This document shows, piece by piece, positions 39,707 to 51,700 of a DNA stretch of 64,000 bases. The translations under genes and the position numbers were made by a program. Source of the stretch: Trichoplax sp. H2 (taxonomy: Eukaryota); the NCBI GenBank assembly GCA_003344405.1, contig NOWV01000137.1, positions 124,001-188,000 on the forward strand, given 5' to 3'. Below the pieces are notes generated by a model. It worked only from the letters and a program-made list of their open reading frames with translations, was not told the origin of the DNA and did no database searches. Numbering within the stretch: position 1 is the stretch's first letter; each line of letters begins with the position of its first letter.

Positions 39707-41904
39707 ATGAGATTGGTTATTTTAGACGATTATGACAAAGCCAGTTTATGGGCTGCTAAGTATATTATGAATGCCATCAATGGATTCAAACCCTCTCAAA
39801 CCAAATCCAATTTCGTCTTGGGATTACCAACAGGTAATTCACTATTGAATTTGTCTCTTCCATTTTCCTATACAGTGCAAGTGTCAAGGATGCATGATAG
39901 ACAGACCGCGAGCTCGGTCCCCCAAAATGCTACTTGTTAGAAGTAGCTTTGGAGGATGATGATGGGAGTTGTGTCTTTATTCCATTCAAGACTTGTTCGA
40001 TCGATCAAACATCTCTGTCAAGACAGTACTAACTAAAGAATACCTTGCACCAGTGGAGAGGCCTAAAGTTCACGACCTTTTTTGTGCAGTCTAGGTTATG
40101 ATTGATAGTAATAGACGATAAAAGCCATCATCATTATTCTCCTAGCCATCTAAAACGGGACTAGCATTCTTTGCCTTTATGAGAGAGATGTTACTGATTG
40201 AACCTATTGTGTACGGTATAAAATTGAATCCAGTGTCGATCCTCTAGGTTTAGCCAGTGGCCTAGAGTACGATAGCTTAAATACAACAAATCGCTGCAAA
40301 ATCATGGAACAGTGTATAACTTGAATGAGGTAGGCTATCAGAGCCCTCTCAATGCTGTCCTCAAACGACTGATCGGTCAAGTCTTTTCCTTTCGTTAACT
40401 GTAGCTGACTTTGACATAGCCCTTCCATCATAACGATAGTACTGGACGGATAACACCTAGCAATCGACACCCTTTGCCTTGTCAACAATAACCTTTGTTA
40501 AGCATCCAACATCAAAGTAGATCAGTTGAACTGGAGAATCGAAGATACGAGTGTACAGTATATCAGTCAAATGACACAGAGGATGATTTGAACATCCCAT
40601 CATTGAAAAGACTCCGTTCAATACTATCGCCATGTTGAACGCCATAAAGAAATAGGCATGCTCATCATTGATCATCTTGTCTGATTACGTGTCCTTCATT
40701 TGATAGGTAGCTCACCACTTGGAACATACAAATACTTAATACAATTTTTCAAGGAAGGTATGGTATCATTCAAGAATGTCATCACCTTTAATATGGACGA
40801 ATATGTCGGCTTACCTCGGGATCATTGCCAAAGTTATCACACTTATATGTGGGACAATTTCTTCAAGCACATCGATATCAATCCTGCCAACGTCCATATC
40901 CCTGATGGAAATGCTCCTGATCTTATCGTCGAGTGCAACAATTACGAAAAAGCAATTGATCAAGCGGGTGGTATCGATCTCTTTCTTGGAGGTGATTGAC
41001 TTATACCTTAAATTTTATTTTCAATCAACGCAACATCTCAGTCAGTAGTAACGTCTTTTCCACAGGCAGTAGAAGCGGACTCGATCATCATTAGAATGAA
41101 TCGATGGTTGTTTAGTGATGCATGCAGTTAGGGACCACATAGTCGTAGTCCATAGATAATCATAAAGTGATACATTACAGTGTGGCTACGTACAGTATAT
41201 ATTGTACAACAGGCAGTAGTCAATCATGGATAGAATAGCTTAATAGTGTGGGCAATATGCTGTTTAACGTGTATTTTTATGCTAGCCATATCTTACCTGT
41301 TTTCCCTATAATGATATAGGAATTGGCACTGATGGCCACATTGCTTTCAATGAGCCTGGATCTTCTCTGGCATCGAAAACTAGATTAAAAAGTCTAGCTG
41401 CCGATACGATCGCGTCCAATGCTCGCTTCTTCGAAGGAGATATACAGAAAGTTCCCAAGATGGCAATAACCGTTGGGGTTAAAACGGTTATGAGTGCCAA
41501 TGAGGTAGTAACTAGACTAACTGGATTCAACGAAAATAGTTTCAAAAATGCTACTGCTGTAATTTTAGCTTAGATCAACGACTAACTGGCCAAAATTTTC
41601 AATTCTAAAATCTTTCAGTATGTCGCGCTATTTCGTTTTGTCTTATTTTATCCCTTTCTCCTAGGTCATGATAATTATATGTGGAGGTCATAAATCATTC
41701 GCATTGCACATGGCTATAGAGGAAGGCGTTAGCCATATGTGGACAGTATCTGCTTTTCAACAGCATCCCCGCTGTACATTTGTGGTTGATGAAGATGCAA
41801 CCTTAGAACTGAAAGTGAAAACGGTTAAATATTTCAAAGGATTGATGGAAGTGCATAACAAGCTGGTGGAACCCCGAGTACCTTCTAGTTTTACCGCTCC
41901 TTAA
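39707..41904 (+). CDS. GNPDA: Glucosamine-6-phosphate deaminase, 4 exons, ~278 aa
   Basis: Exons 39707-39833, 40707-40991, 41320-41504, 41665-41904. Motifs MRLVIL, LGLPTGSSPL, TFNMDEYVGLP, FLGGIG.DGHIAFNEPGSS, HMWTVSAFQQHP, DEDATLELKVKTVKYFKGL. Confidence 0.97.
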
Positions 41905-44027
41905 GATAACTCATCTTGTTCCCTGTTACTTTGACCTTTCAACATAAAAGTAGTCAGTAACTCAAAATGACAAATTAATTAATTATTATAATTATTTACA
42001 CAATCTACCCTTTACTAACCTTTCATTGCGTTATCGATATACAGGGCATACTATGTCTCTGGCTTAGTCTTGCGTATTTTGCACTAACCAAAAGTCATTG
42101 TGTTTCTAAAATTGCTAATATAGCAAAAATTGGTACATTTTTCTTTCATTTAGCTCTCGAGTCATTCACGTTATCTACTGACTGTATCCTATGTGTATTT
42201 GTTGAAGTAGGACCGCTTTCGTTCGGTTATAAACTGTACTTTAGCTAAAAATTGCAAAAGCTCTTTTTGCTATTATTCGTCCGAATCATATTGAACCTTA
42301 TTTCTAGTAATTCCCTAGTCAACTAAAGGAGTGAGTTACTAAAATTCGGTTGGTAGCTTAATTAATATGATTCAATACGTGTATTTAATTAAACATAGTA
42401 ACAATACTAAATATAAATTCGTCACGAGTTTTGTTAATCAACTAAAATAAAGTATTTTCCTGATACTGTTTCACGTCAGCATCTTTTTTTTTCTGGAGAT
42501 GTACATTAACCGGCTCTTTCCTTTGGTAGATTTTGTTTTAATTTGATCCAATCTGTAGTATAATTCTTAAAGGCAGTTTATGATACATGGACAGCTACTT
42601 TCGTTGGTTAATGGTATGAGTAAATATGTTAAGATTTATCATTGAAAAAGCCAAACTGTATGAGATCGATTGGTATGAATTGGATAAGCTTAAATCATGT
42701 ACAGTGTTGACCATATTTATACGCAGGAGTATTCATGTTCAGCCCGTCAAAAAGAAAGCTTGTGTTGGTATATGCACAATCGATCTCACCTACCAATGTA
42801 CGCTACATTATCATACCGATTTTGGACACAGTGCGCGTTACGGAGTAGGCCTGGATTAGTTACCATCATGCTGTGTATAAAGACTTTTCAAGTTGCTGCT
42901 GCTGTAAATATGTCCGTTCATGATCTCTTTGGAGATTAGAGAATATCAAATGGTGTTGCTATCAAGGCTGAGATTCGATAATGTACTCGTGACTCCGAAC
43001 ATTACATTAATCACCGCATTACTGTTAAAGCAGTGGAGCAATGTGATTAGTAATAATATCTTACTTGCAAACCATGAAATTGAGCCTTGTTTTAAAATTC
43101 CTTACAATCACAAATTCTATCCAAACTCGATCAAAGTACAGTATAACTGCATTGTAAATATACCGCAATTATAGTAAGGATAGCATTTACGATGTGAGCT
43201 AACCGCCTCTATAAGCATGGCTACAAAGTGCTAGAAAATATGATGCGATATCTTTTCTAAGCTTAAGAATCGATATTGGAGACTCAGTATCACACTATTC
43301 CGATATTATTGGATCTACGGGTATACAGGAATAGATCATCAGTGATACTGATTTCTTAAAGATTAAATTATGTGTTGAAACAAGTCATGTTTAAGATCAC
43401 AAAACCGGGTATAATCACATCTTTACGACACAATATACTACTCTACAATTAGATTTATATACAATCTAGGCTCAATACAATAGAGGAAAATTTGTGTGAA
43501 TTTGTACAGTACACATGAAATCGGGCTGTATTTTCCCTTTCACAGACAACATATCCCTCATGACGATCTATATTTATTCCAGTGAATTTTGACAGTTTGG
43601 GGGCTAGCCGCTACTGCTAGCATATGATACTTGCTTATCGGATCTGAAAGTTTAATCAATGCATTCTATCTCTGAATATCTGTACTTCACACATTAATCA
43701 GAGTGATATTTGGTATGTATGAACACATATATATTCAACCAGTTAAGAATTAAAGTACAATCTAACTTATTGCATCATATTCTAAGCCGTAATAAGGATA
43801 CGCATCTTATATATATATATATACACTATCTCCAAACACATATTAACCTACACAATACCAAGTAGGTTATAGCTCAAGTTTCAATTAAATATTTATATAG
43901 TAATATACGCGTATACATAGATATATAAATATTTCCAATTAGTTTTTCCATGATCACACAACGATACATTTATTACATATAGAGGTACTGTGCTCGTATG
44001 TAAATTTGAATAACGTTATTTAGTATA

Positions 44028-44561
44028 GGTTAGCCGCTACGATACTACGGTAGAGTGCTAGCAAATACATCCTAAATGACATATAGATGTATGCAAATTA
44101 ATGAATCATTGCAGTATTCCATATCGACAGAAATGGAATAGTATAGAAGTCGTTAACAGTAAAACAAAATTAATATCATGATAATGACAGTATGAATGGA
44201 ACTGGGTTCTATTTTCCATTTCATAGACAATACTCGCGGTCATTACTTTTGACAACCAAGGCTAGCCGCAGCGATACCGCAGACATAGCTGCAAAGTGCT
44301 AGTAAATATATCCTAAATTATATCTGCAGTATGCAGATTTGAATAAAATTATTCACTATAGTATTCCATATCTACAAAAATAGAATAGTATAAAAGTCGT
44401 CACAAAAAAAGAAATAATAGCATGCTTATGGCAGCATGAATAGAACCGGATTCTATTTTATATTTCATAGATACTATAGCGATCATTACTTTTGACATCC
44501 TAGGTTAGCCGCTACGATACCACAGACATAGTTGAAGAGCGCTAGCAAATATATCCCTAAA
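44028..44561. repeat. ~235-bp tandem duplication (two full copies and one partial)
   Basis: ggttagccgctacgatac...gtgctagcaaata.atcctaaa at ~44028, ~44259, ~44502; weaker relics near 43197 and 43603. Confidence 0.8.
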
Positions 44562-46859
44562 GGTGTTCTTCTCTATTCTCTCGAGTGTTCTGTTTCAATA
44601 GCAGATAATCAGCAAGACATAATGCAGTAATATCGGTAAAATCGGATCAAGAAGCTAGGCCTTCCACGAAAGCTATTCTATATGACGCCAGCAAGCGGCA
44701 AGGGCGATATCTATTCCTCCATTTTTCATTAACAAGATGACCCATTCTTGTATGAGCCTTGTCGTTATGGCCCCATTTCAGATAGTCTGTCTCTCATTTA
44801 AGAAAGACTATTAAAGTATCGACATTAAAGCATGTCATGAAAGACTTTAAGGGGAATAGTTCATAGATGATGCTTTTTTAAATGCCCAAGAACAAGTCTA
44901 TTGATACTAAAAGTGCTTTTAGACTCCATACCAATACCTCGATTGCCTTCATCCATCACTAAATGGGATTGACATAAAGCTAGATGTATATTCAATCTAC
45001 CGATTAAATCGTCTCATTAACTAGAGTAGAGAACACCATGATGGAGTAAATTACTCTTGCAGTTTCAAAGGGGCTCACAACAGCTTTAGCACATGATATG
45101 ATCGTCATCAACCGGCGACAAGTAAAGAGATTGATGCATTCTATCGTCTAGGCATATTACGTCGATCCCGTGTCAACAATTTTAGTCAGTCGTGCGCGTG
45201 GACTTGCCTACGTTAGTAATTAAATTAAGACGTAAAAGGTCGAAATTTCTACTTATTACAACTAGAATAGTCAAACCTTAGCCTTCAGGTTCAAGTCATA
45301 ATCGACTATTGCTTAATCCTAGATAGGGTGGAGGAAAGTATTGATTTATTGACATTGATTGTTAGGGTTAGACGTACGGTAATATTTGAACAAGCATTCT
45401 TTTAAGCTGGCCTAAAAGGCATAACAATATATTGACAATGATTTCTTCAATCATGTTGTAATATCCCACATATGAATAGCGGTTCAAGCTGCTATTAGAT
45501 CTTCTATTGATTTTATGAGCAATTCCTGAACCATCTATGAATTTCAATGGCTATTTTGGATACTCACGTCATGATTGAAACGTAGCTGGCGTTCTCACCG
45601 GGTGTTCCAATGTGATTGGATCTAGTGTCGTGATATAATAGGAAATAATGATGGTTACGTATGGATATTGATTCTATCCTCTATGCATTTTCCTTCTCCA
45701 TCGATCAATAACTATAGTATGATTATTATACCCATTGAACCATTTATAATGCAGGAGACATGTAATTATTATATACTGTTCTGTAAAATACTAAAATAAT
45801 TATAATCATCCTGGACTATCTCTAAGCACTACCAGGTATTTCTAGTAGTCCTTACTCTTTCCCAATACGGACAAAAGTAGAAGATTTTACTCCTGTTCCA
45901 AGCTTCATTTATGTTATTATTAACAACACTATACTAGTATCAACAAAGATAGAAAATTCTATCTCATCTAATTCTCATCAAGGATTATTCAATCCTCATT
46001 CTTCTATTAGTGACTCCAACCCCCTTTACTGTTGACATCTCTATCCTAGTTTTGACTAAGACAGTGAACTTAAGTAGAATAATGTCCATCCAATGCTCAG
46101 TCTTTCTAACCACAAATATTGATCATGCCAAGTAAGAAGATCAATAATAACATTGATGATGGCAAGATGGGCAACATGGGATTATTTCCATAAGTCAACA
46201 AAATGAATTGTCGGCCAAGGCTGATTCTTTAAGACTACACGCAGACTGATTATACGTCAAATTTTCTTTCATGCACGTAAATAAATAAAGGAATAGCTAT
46301 TCTCCAGCTTTTTCTACCATGACCTGATGAGCATCATTGCATTATAAACTAATTGAACTGATTAATCTATTGACTGCTTTGATGATTGGCATCTTGTCCT
46401 CCCCACCTTGTTCCTTATTGTTCCCCTTGACCGCCCATTGATATCATGGTATTGCAATGACGATAGCATAATCCATTTTACTAATCAGCTTGACACTGAT
46501 TATTTCAATCCACTTTCAATTGTATTTTTATCCTACTGCAGGCTTTACTAACATTCAATTTACTGGAAAGACAATCTTATAACAACGTTGATCCTTTCCT
46601 ACCGAAGAGATGATCTTCCTTCTAATCCTGTCGTGATGACAATATTGAGCTAATGGTCTATTTTCCACTCTATCCTGGAGTGATAATTTTCATCTATGGC
46701 GTTATTGATAGATTGAAGATGAATGTCCACTAGGTCTAATCCTGATCTAATATTGCTTCTATCCTTTCTCATCACTAAATACCATATTATTCCATTACTT
46801 TCGTTATTGATCTCTAAGATTGTTATCATAACAAGAATCAAAACTGTGCATGAACTGTC

Positions 46860-48520
46860 TGTCCTCTAGAGTTTGCCCCATTTTACTAATCTACAAGGTA
46901 AATCATCTTGATCAATGGATCCTTTTTCCATTTTGCTTTAGTTTTGGGTGCCTGAGCCATTAACTATCTGTCTTTTTCAGTGAATGATATTTTGTCAACC
47001 GTGACTGTCAATTACCTTGACCAAGTCCCTATTATGGAGTTGTATTTTACTTTAGTTTTACAGCCTTGTACCAATCTTTACTTCCAATACTCATAATCAT
47101 TTACTCGATAGCCATCTTTTAACTTTGCTTTAGTCTTGGACATTTGTAGTCGTTCGCTATACAGATATCTTCAATCGTTAACGATACTTTATCCGTCGTC
47201 CCGGTCAGCCATCTTGATCAATTTAGCCTGGTTGTAATTTTCATTTTACGATGGTACTGCCTTCCTCTAGTGGTTAACTAGATATCTTCTACTATTAATA
47301 ATACTGTACTAGTCTATCCGATAAATCATCTTGACTAATTTACCCCATTGCCATTTTAACTTGCTTTAGTTTATTGTCTTCTATTATTAATAATACTTTA
47401 CCTATCTACACAAATAATCATCTTATGATCTCGATTGATCTAGCCTATTCAAATTTACATTTTGATTTCGTCTTCGATATGCAGTCGTTCGCTCGGTGTC
47501 TTCTACTGTTAACAATACTTTATCAATCTATGCTATTGGTTTAATGTTACTTCCGTTTTCGATATCAGGTGTTTAGTAATATATTATCTGCCCTTAACGA
47601 TACTCAGTATCTTACGCAATTGGATTTTAATTTTGCTTCCATCTTCGATACTTAATCGTTAGCTATGTATCTGCTAGTGTTGACGACACTTTACCAATCT
47701 ACACGATGAATCGTCTTAACTAATCTAGCCTGCTGAAATTTTTAATTTGCTTCAGTCTTGCATGCCTAGAGTCGTTAGCTGTATATCTTCTGCTATTAAC
47801 GCTGCTTTACCGAACTACGCAGTCAAATGGTCTAGACCAATTGACTTTAGTCTTCCGAACTTGTAGTCGTTAGCTACAAGTCGACTACTGGCAACGATGC
47901 ATTACTAATCTGCTATGTTAGATATTAATTTTGTTGTAGTCTTCGGCACCTATAGCCACTCGCGATAGATCTTCTACTGTTAAGTATCCTTTACCAATCT
48001 ATACAGTAAATCATTATGACCAACCTAACCTACAAGAATTTTCAATTTGCTTTAATCTTGGATACCTAAAGTACTTAGTTATATGTTTTCTATCCTTAAC
48101 GCTATTTGCCAATGTACTAGGTCTTGGATACCTAAAGTGGTTAGTTATATGTCTTTTACCGTTAGAACAACTTTACCAATCTACTAAGGTCGTAACCAAT
48201 GGATTCTATTGGATTTTAATTTGCTTTAGTCTTCCCTAACTGTAGTCGTAAACTATAGGTTTTTTTTTTACCGTAAATGACGCTTTACTTCTCAACCATG
48301 TTGGATTTTAATTTTACTTTAGTCAAGGATAGTTGTGACCGTTAGCCCTTAGTCTTCCACAATGAGTAATGCTTTGTTAATCAGTCATGTTAAATTTTAT
48401 TTTATTGTAGTCACTAGCTGTATATCTACTAGAGTTAACTACACTTTACTAATCTATCTAGTCAATCATTTTGACTAATCTATCCTATTTAATTGGACTT
48501 TTATTCTAGTCCTAGACGTA
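46860..48520. repeat. Degenerate tandem array, mixed ~115 and ~80-90-bp units, >15 copies
   Basis: ttttaattttgctttagtctt..gtagtcgttagctat..tcttctactgttaacgatactttaccaatcta recurs throughout, ending just before the acceptor at ~48722. Confidence 0.8.
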
Positions 48521-48734
48521 TTTATTAATTCGCACTGTCAATATTTTTATTTTCCGGTATACTCTAATTCTTAGCATTTATCTTTTTCTCTTTTCTATTC
48601 TTTGTCATTTCTTAAATAACGGATATAAAAGTTGTTGTATTCTTTTTCAAGCAAACTATTCAATATGATGTCATACTTCCCTTGCTGACTTGTTTATTTT
48701 CAAAATTTTTTTTAAATCATAGAAGAAATAAAGC

Positions 48735-51700
48735 ATGAGTACGCCAAAGAGTGATCGACAACTTGGACGAATTAATCGAAGTTTACCATTAGGATGGAAG
48801 GCTTTAACTTTAGAAAATGGACGCGTTTACTATGTCAAGTAAGATTTTATATCCATAGAAAAATGATTAAAGTTGGACCCCTGATCTAGTTTATGAGAGA
48901 AAATCGGATACTACCCAAAAGGGGAGAAATAGATTTTAATCTTTCCTTGACAATGTCTCCTAGACGGCAAAGGAAGTGGAACGTAAAGTGAAAAATTAGT
49001 TCTTTTCTCCAAATTATTTGCGTTTCTGTTCAAAGCTACGCCGATTGTTGTCTCCATTATAAAGATTTCATCACTTTACAAATGGATCGACAAAATTATT
49101 TTATTTATTGACAGCTACTCATAATCGCCAAACTACCAATATCATGGTAATATATGGAAGACGCTATAACACGTTTTCCATAAAAAAATAAATCTAATAA
49201 CCCCATTTTACTCATTATTGATTTCTTATAGAAAGAAGACGAGTCAAACGTAATCTAAAGCATGATTTGATTCTTAAAAGCTTATTATTTCAAGTGTTGC
49301 TGTTTCTTTGATTTACAGCCATGAGCAATAACTATTTCGATAACTTATAGTTTATTTGCAAATATAATCGAATCCTGTGACTCAGTTTTCTTATGATTTA
49401 TTTCCGGTAGAAGAGGAGATGAATCCAACGTTGCTCTTCTAAGTATGAATGGATTCTTAAAGTTTATTATTCCAAGGGTTTCTTGTTTCTAATTTGCAAC
49501 AATAAATCAAAAATATTTCTCAATCTAGATTTGTTTGCAAATGTAAATGAATTGCATAGCTCAATTTCTCTCATGATTGACTTCTTATAGAGTAAAAGGT
49601 AAAATAAACGTCTTTCTTAGTACTAAAAGATACGTTAAGCAATGTAAATCCAAGGGTCCTTTGTATTTACTTTGCAGCCATGATTAATCTCTGCAACTCG
49701 AGCTTTCCTTGTCCTAAGCGTCACATTGTTCGTCAAGTCGCTATTAAACCTCTGTTGAATCTATTAATGAATACTACAGATTTAAATAATCCTAGTATGA
49801 TAATGTTGCTAAAGCCTAACAAGAATCCATGCCACCGGGTTGCTTTCTTTCTCACATGCTGTTTCTACACCTACAATAGCTCAGGTGGATATAAACCTAT
49901 GTCCAGCAGAGCAGAACCTAAAGAGTAATCCTACATTTTTATGTTCATTCCTCAATATGCTCCACGTTCATAATATTTCAAGATGGCTGTACTCAATTGA
50001 TTTCATATCATAAGGAATGTTACTATCGGCTAATATCAAAGTATAGTATAGATGGAGAATTTTTCTAAGCCAACAAATGAAGTTCAATTCAATACTAATA
50101 GAAATGGATACTCTAAATTATCTGTCAGCTGGCTTAAATAATATACTTTACAGTAGACACTGTTAAAGGTTTTCCCAACTAAGAATATCGTTTGCTATCA
50201 AGGATACTCTCAATTTCAAAGCCATAATGAAACGGACGATCATTCAATTCTCTGATTCTCTTTTTCAAGTACTTAACGATATCTTAAATGGTCATGGTTG
50301 CTGGTCACATAGCAGCATCATTTTTATATTAACCTCCAACAATCGAATGGGGTGAAATTTCCATATGGACCCTAATCAAACGTTCTGTTTATTGCATTGA
50401 AGAGCAATAGTGAGCAAAAATCATGTAATTACAATATACAAGAAGGTTTATCCCTATTTTTGACAATACCCAATTATTGAATTGATTTTGATACATATTA
50501 GATGATTTAAAAGGGCAATGCCAAAATGTTTAATTCCAGTTTTGGACAAGTAAAATATATAGCTTAATTTCAGCTATCTACTGGCTTGCTAGAGCTTTTC
50601 AATAAGGCCATATTTCAAACTGCTAGAGAATTCTAGAAAGGAATAATGGTAGTGGCAATAAAATTGAAGTCCTGTTGCGGATTATTTTCTTATAAATACA
50701 ATCGTTATTTGAACGCTTTACCAGCATAAAGCTAACGATTAGAAATCTCGAAATAGTTTATGTTAAAACATTATACGGATAGAACTGCGGTCATGAACAG
50801 GAAGAAGGAAGTAGAACAGTTTATGACTAAATTGACTTATGTGAATTTCGAATTAATTTTTACTTTGTTTTGAATACTTTCTATTATCAGCTATGTTACT
50901 CGGAAAAGCCAATGGTATCCTCCGCCAGCACAGTGGCGTAGTAAAGAGAATTTACCTTATGGCTGGGAAAAAGCACAAGACCAATACGGATCCACCTACT
51001 ATATCAGGTTAATAATTGATAATTGGGCCAGCAGATTTATTTAAAGTGTTCAGATAAAGAGGCATTTTCCATTATTTTTACTCTATTTCTAGTCATCTAC
51101 TACAAATAACTACATCAGAAAAGCCGCTGCTTTCGTATAGAAAGGTAAAGTGGAATGCTCGTACTCTTTCCAACTACCAGCTCTCAACCAATCATAAAAT
51201 AATTTTAAAATTGGAGATTATCCATCAAAGTTTCCTCATATTTACTCAAATTGAATGAGTTAATTGATGAAGGATAATTTTATATTCTCAATATACCACT
51301 AATTAATTATCTAGAAAACTTCTTTAACAAATACTAAACATAAAGAAATGAGGCAAAGAACATTCACTGAAGGCAAATTACGAGTTCGATTTGAAAGAGC
51401 TGTCGATATTAAACATTTTGAAGATAGTAACGTAAGTAGCTACGATTTCATATCAGCTTGATACGAATTTTCAAAGTATATGCTGAATTCTAATTCTTCT
51501 GGTGGTATTCATACGAATAGGCAGCTCAAGAGACCGAAAGATTGCCTCGAGTTGATGGAATATTTCGAGTTCATTTATACTCTGAACATATTTCTAGTTC
51601 TTTCAAAATAAGTCAGAAATTAACTATTGAGGTAGGAATTTTAAAGATACATCCTTTAGCTAATAAATCGGCTAATTGAATTGGAGGTCATTTTGATTAA

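Noticed and set aside
41320-41345. GIGTDGH instead of GIGPDGH in GNPDA
   Set aside because: This position varies in the NagB family; catalytic Asp, His and Glu residues are intact.
49319-49928. Two cag|CCATGA acceptors (49319, 49678) that would continue WW1 as NH, and ORF 49680-49928
   Set aside because: Both stop within three codons in the WW frame; exon 50891 completes the domain; the ORF has no recognisable features.
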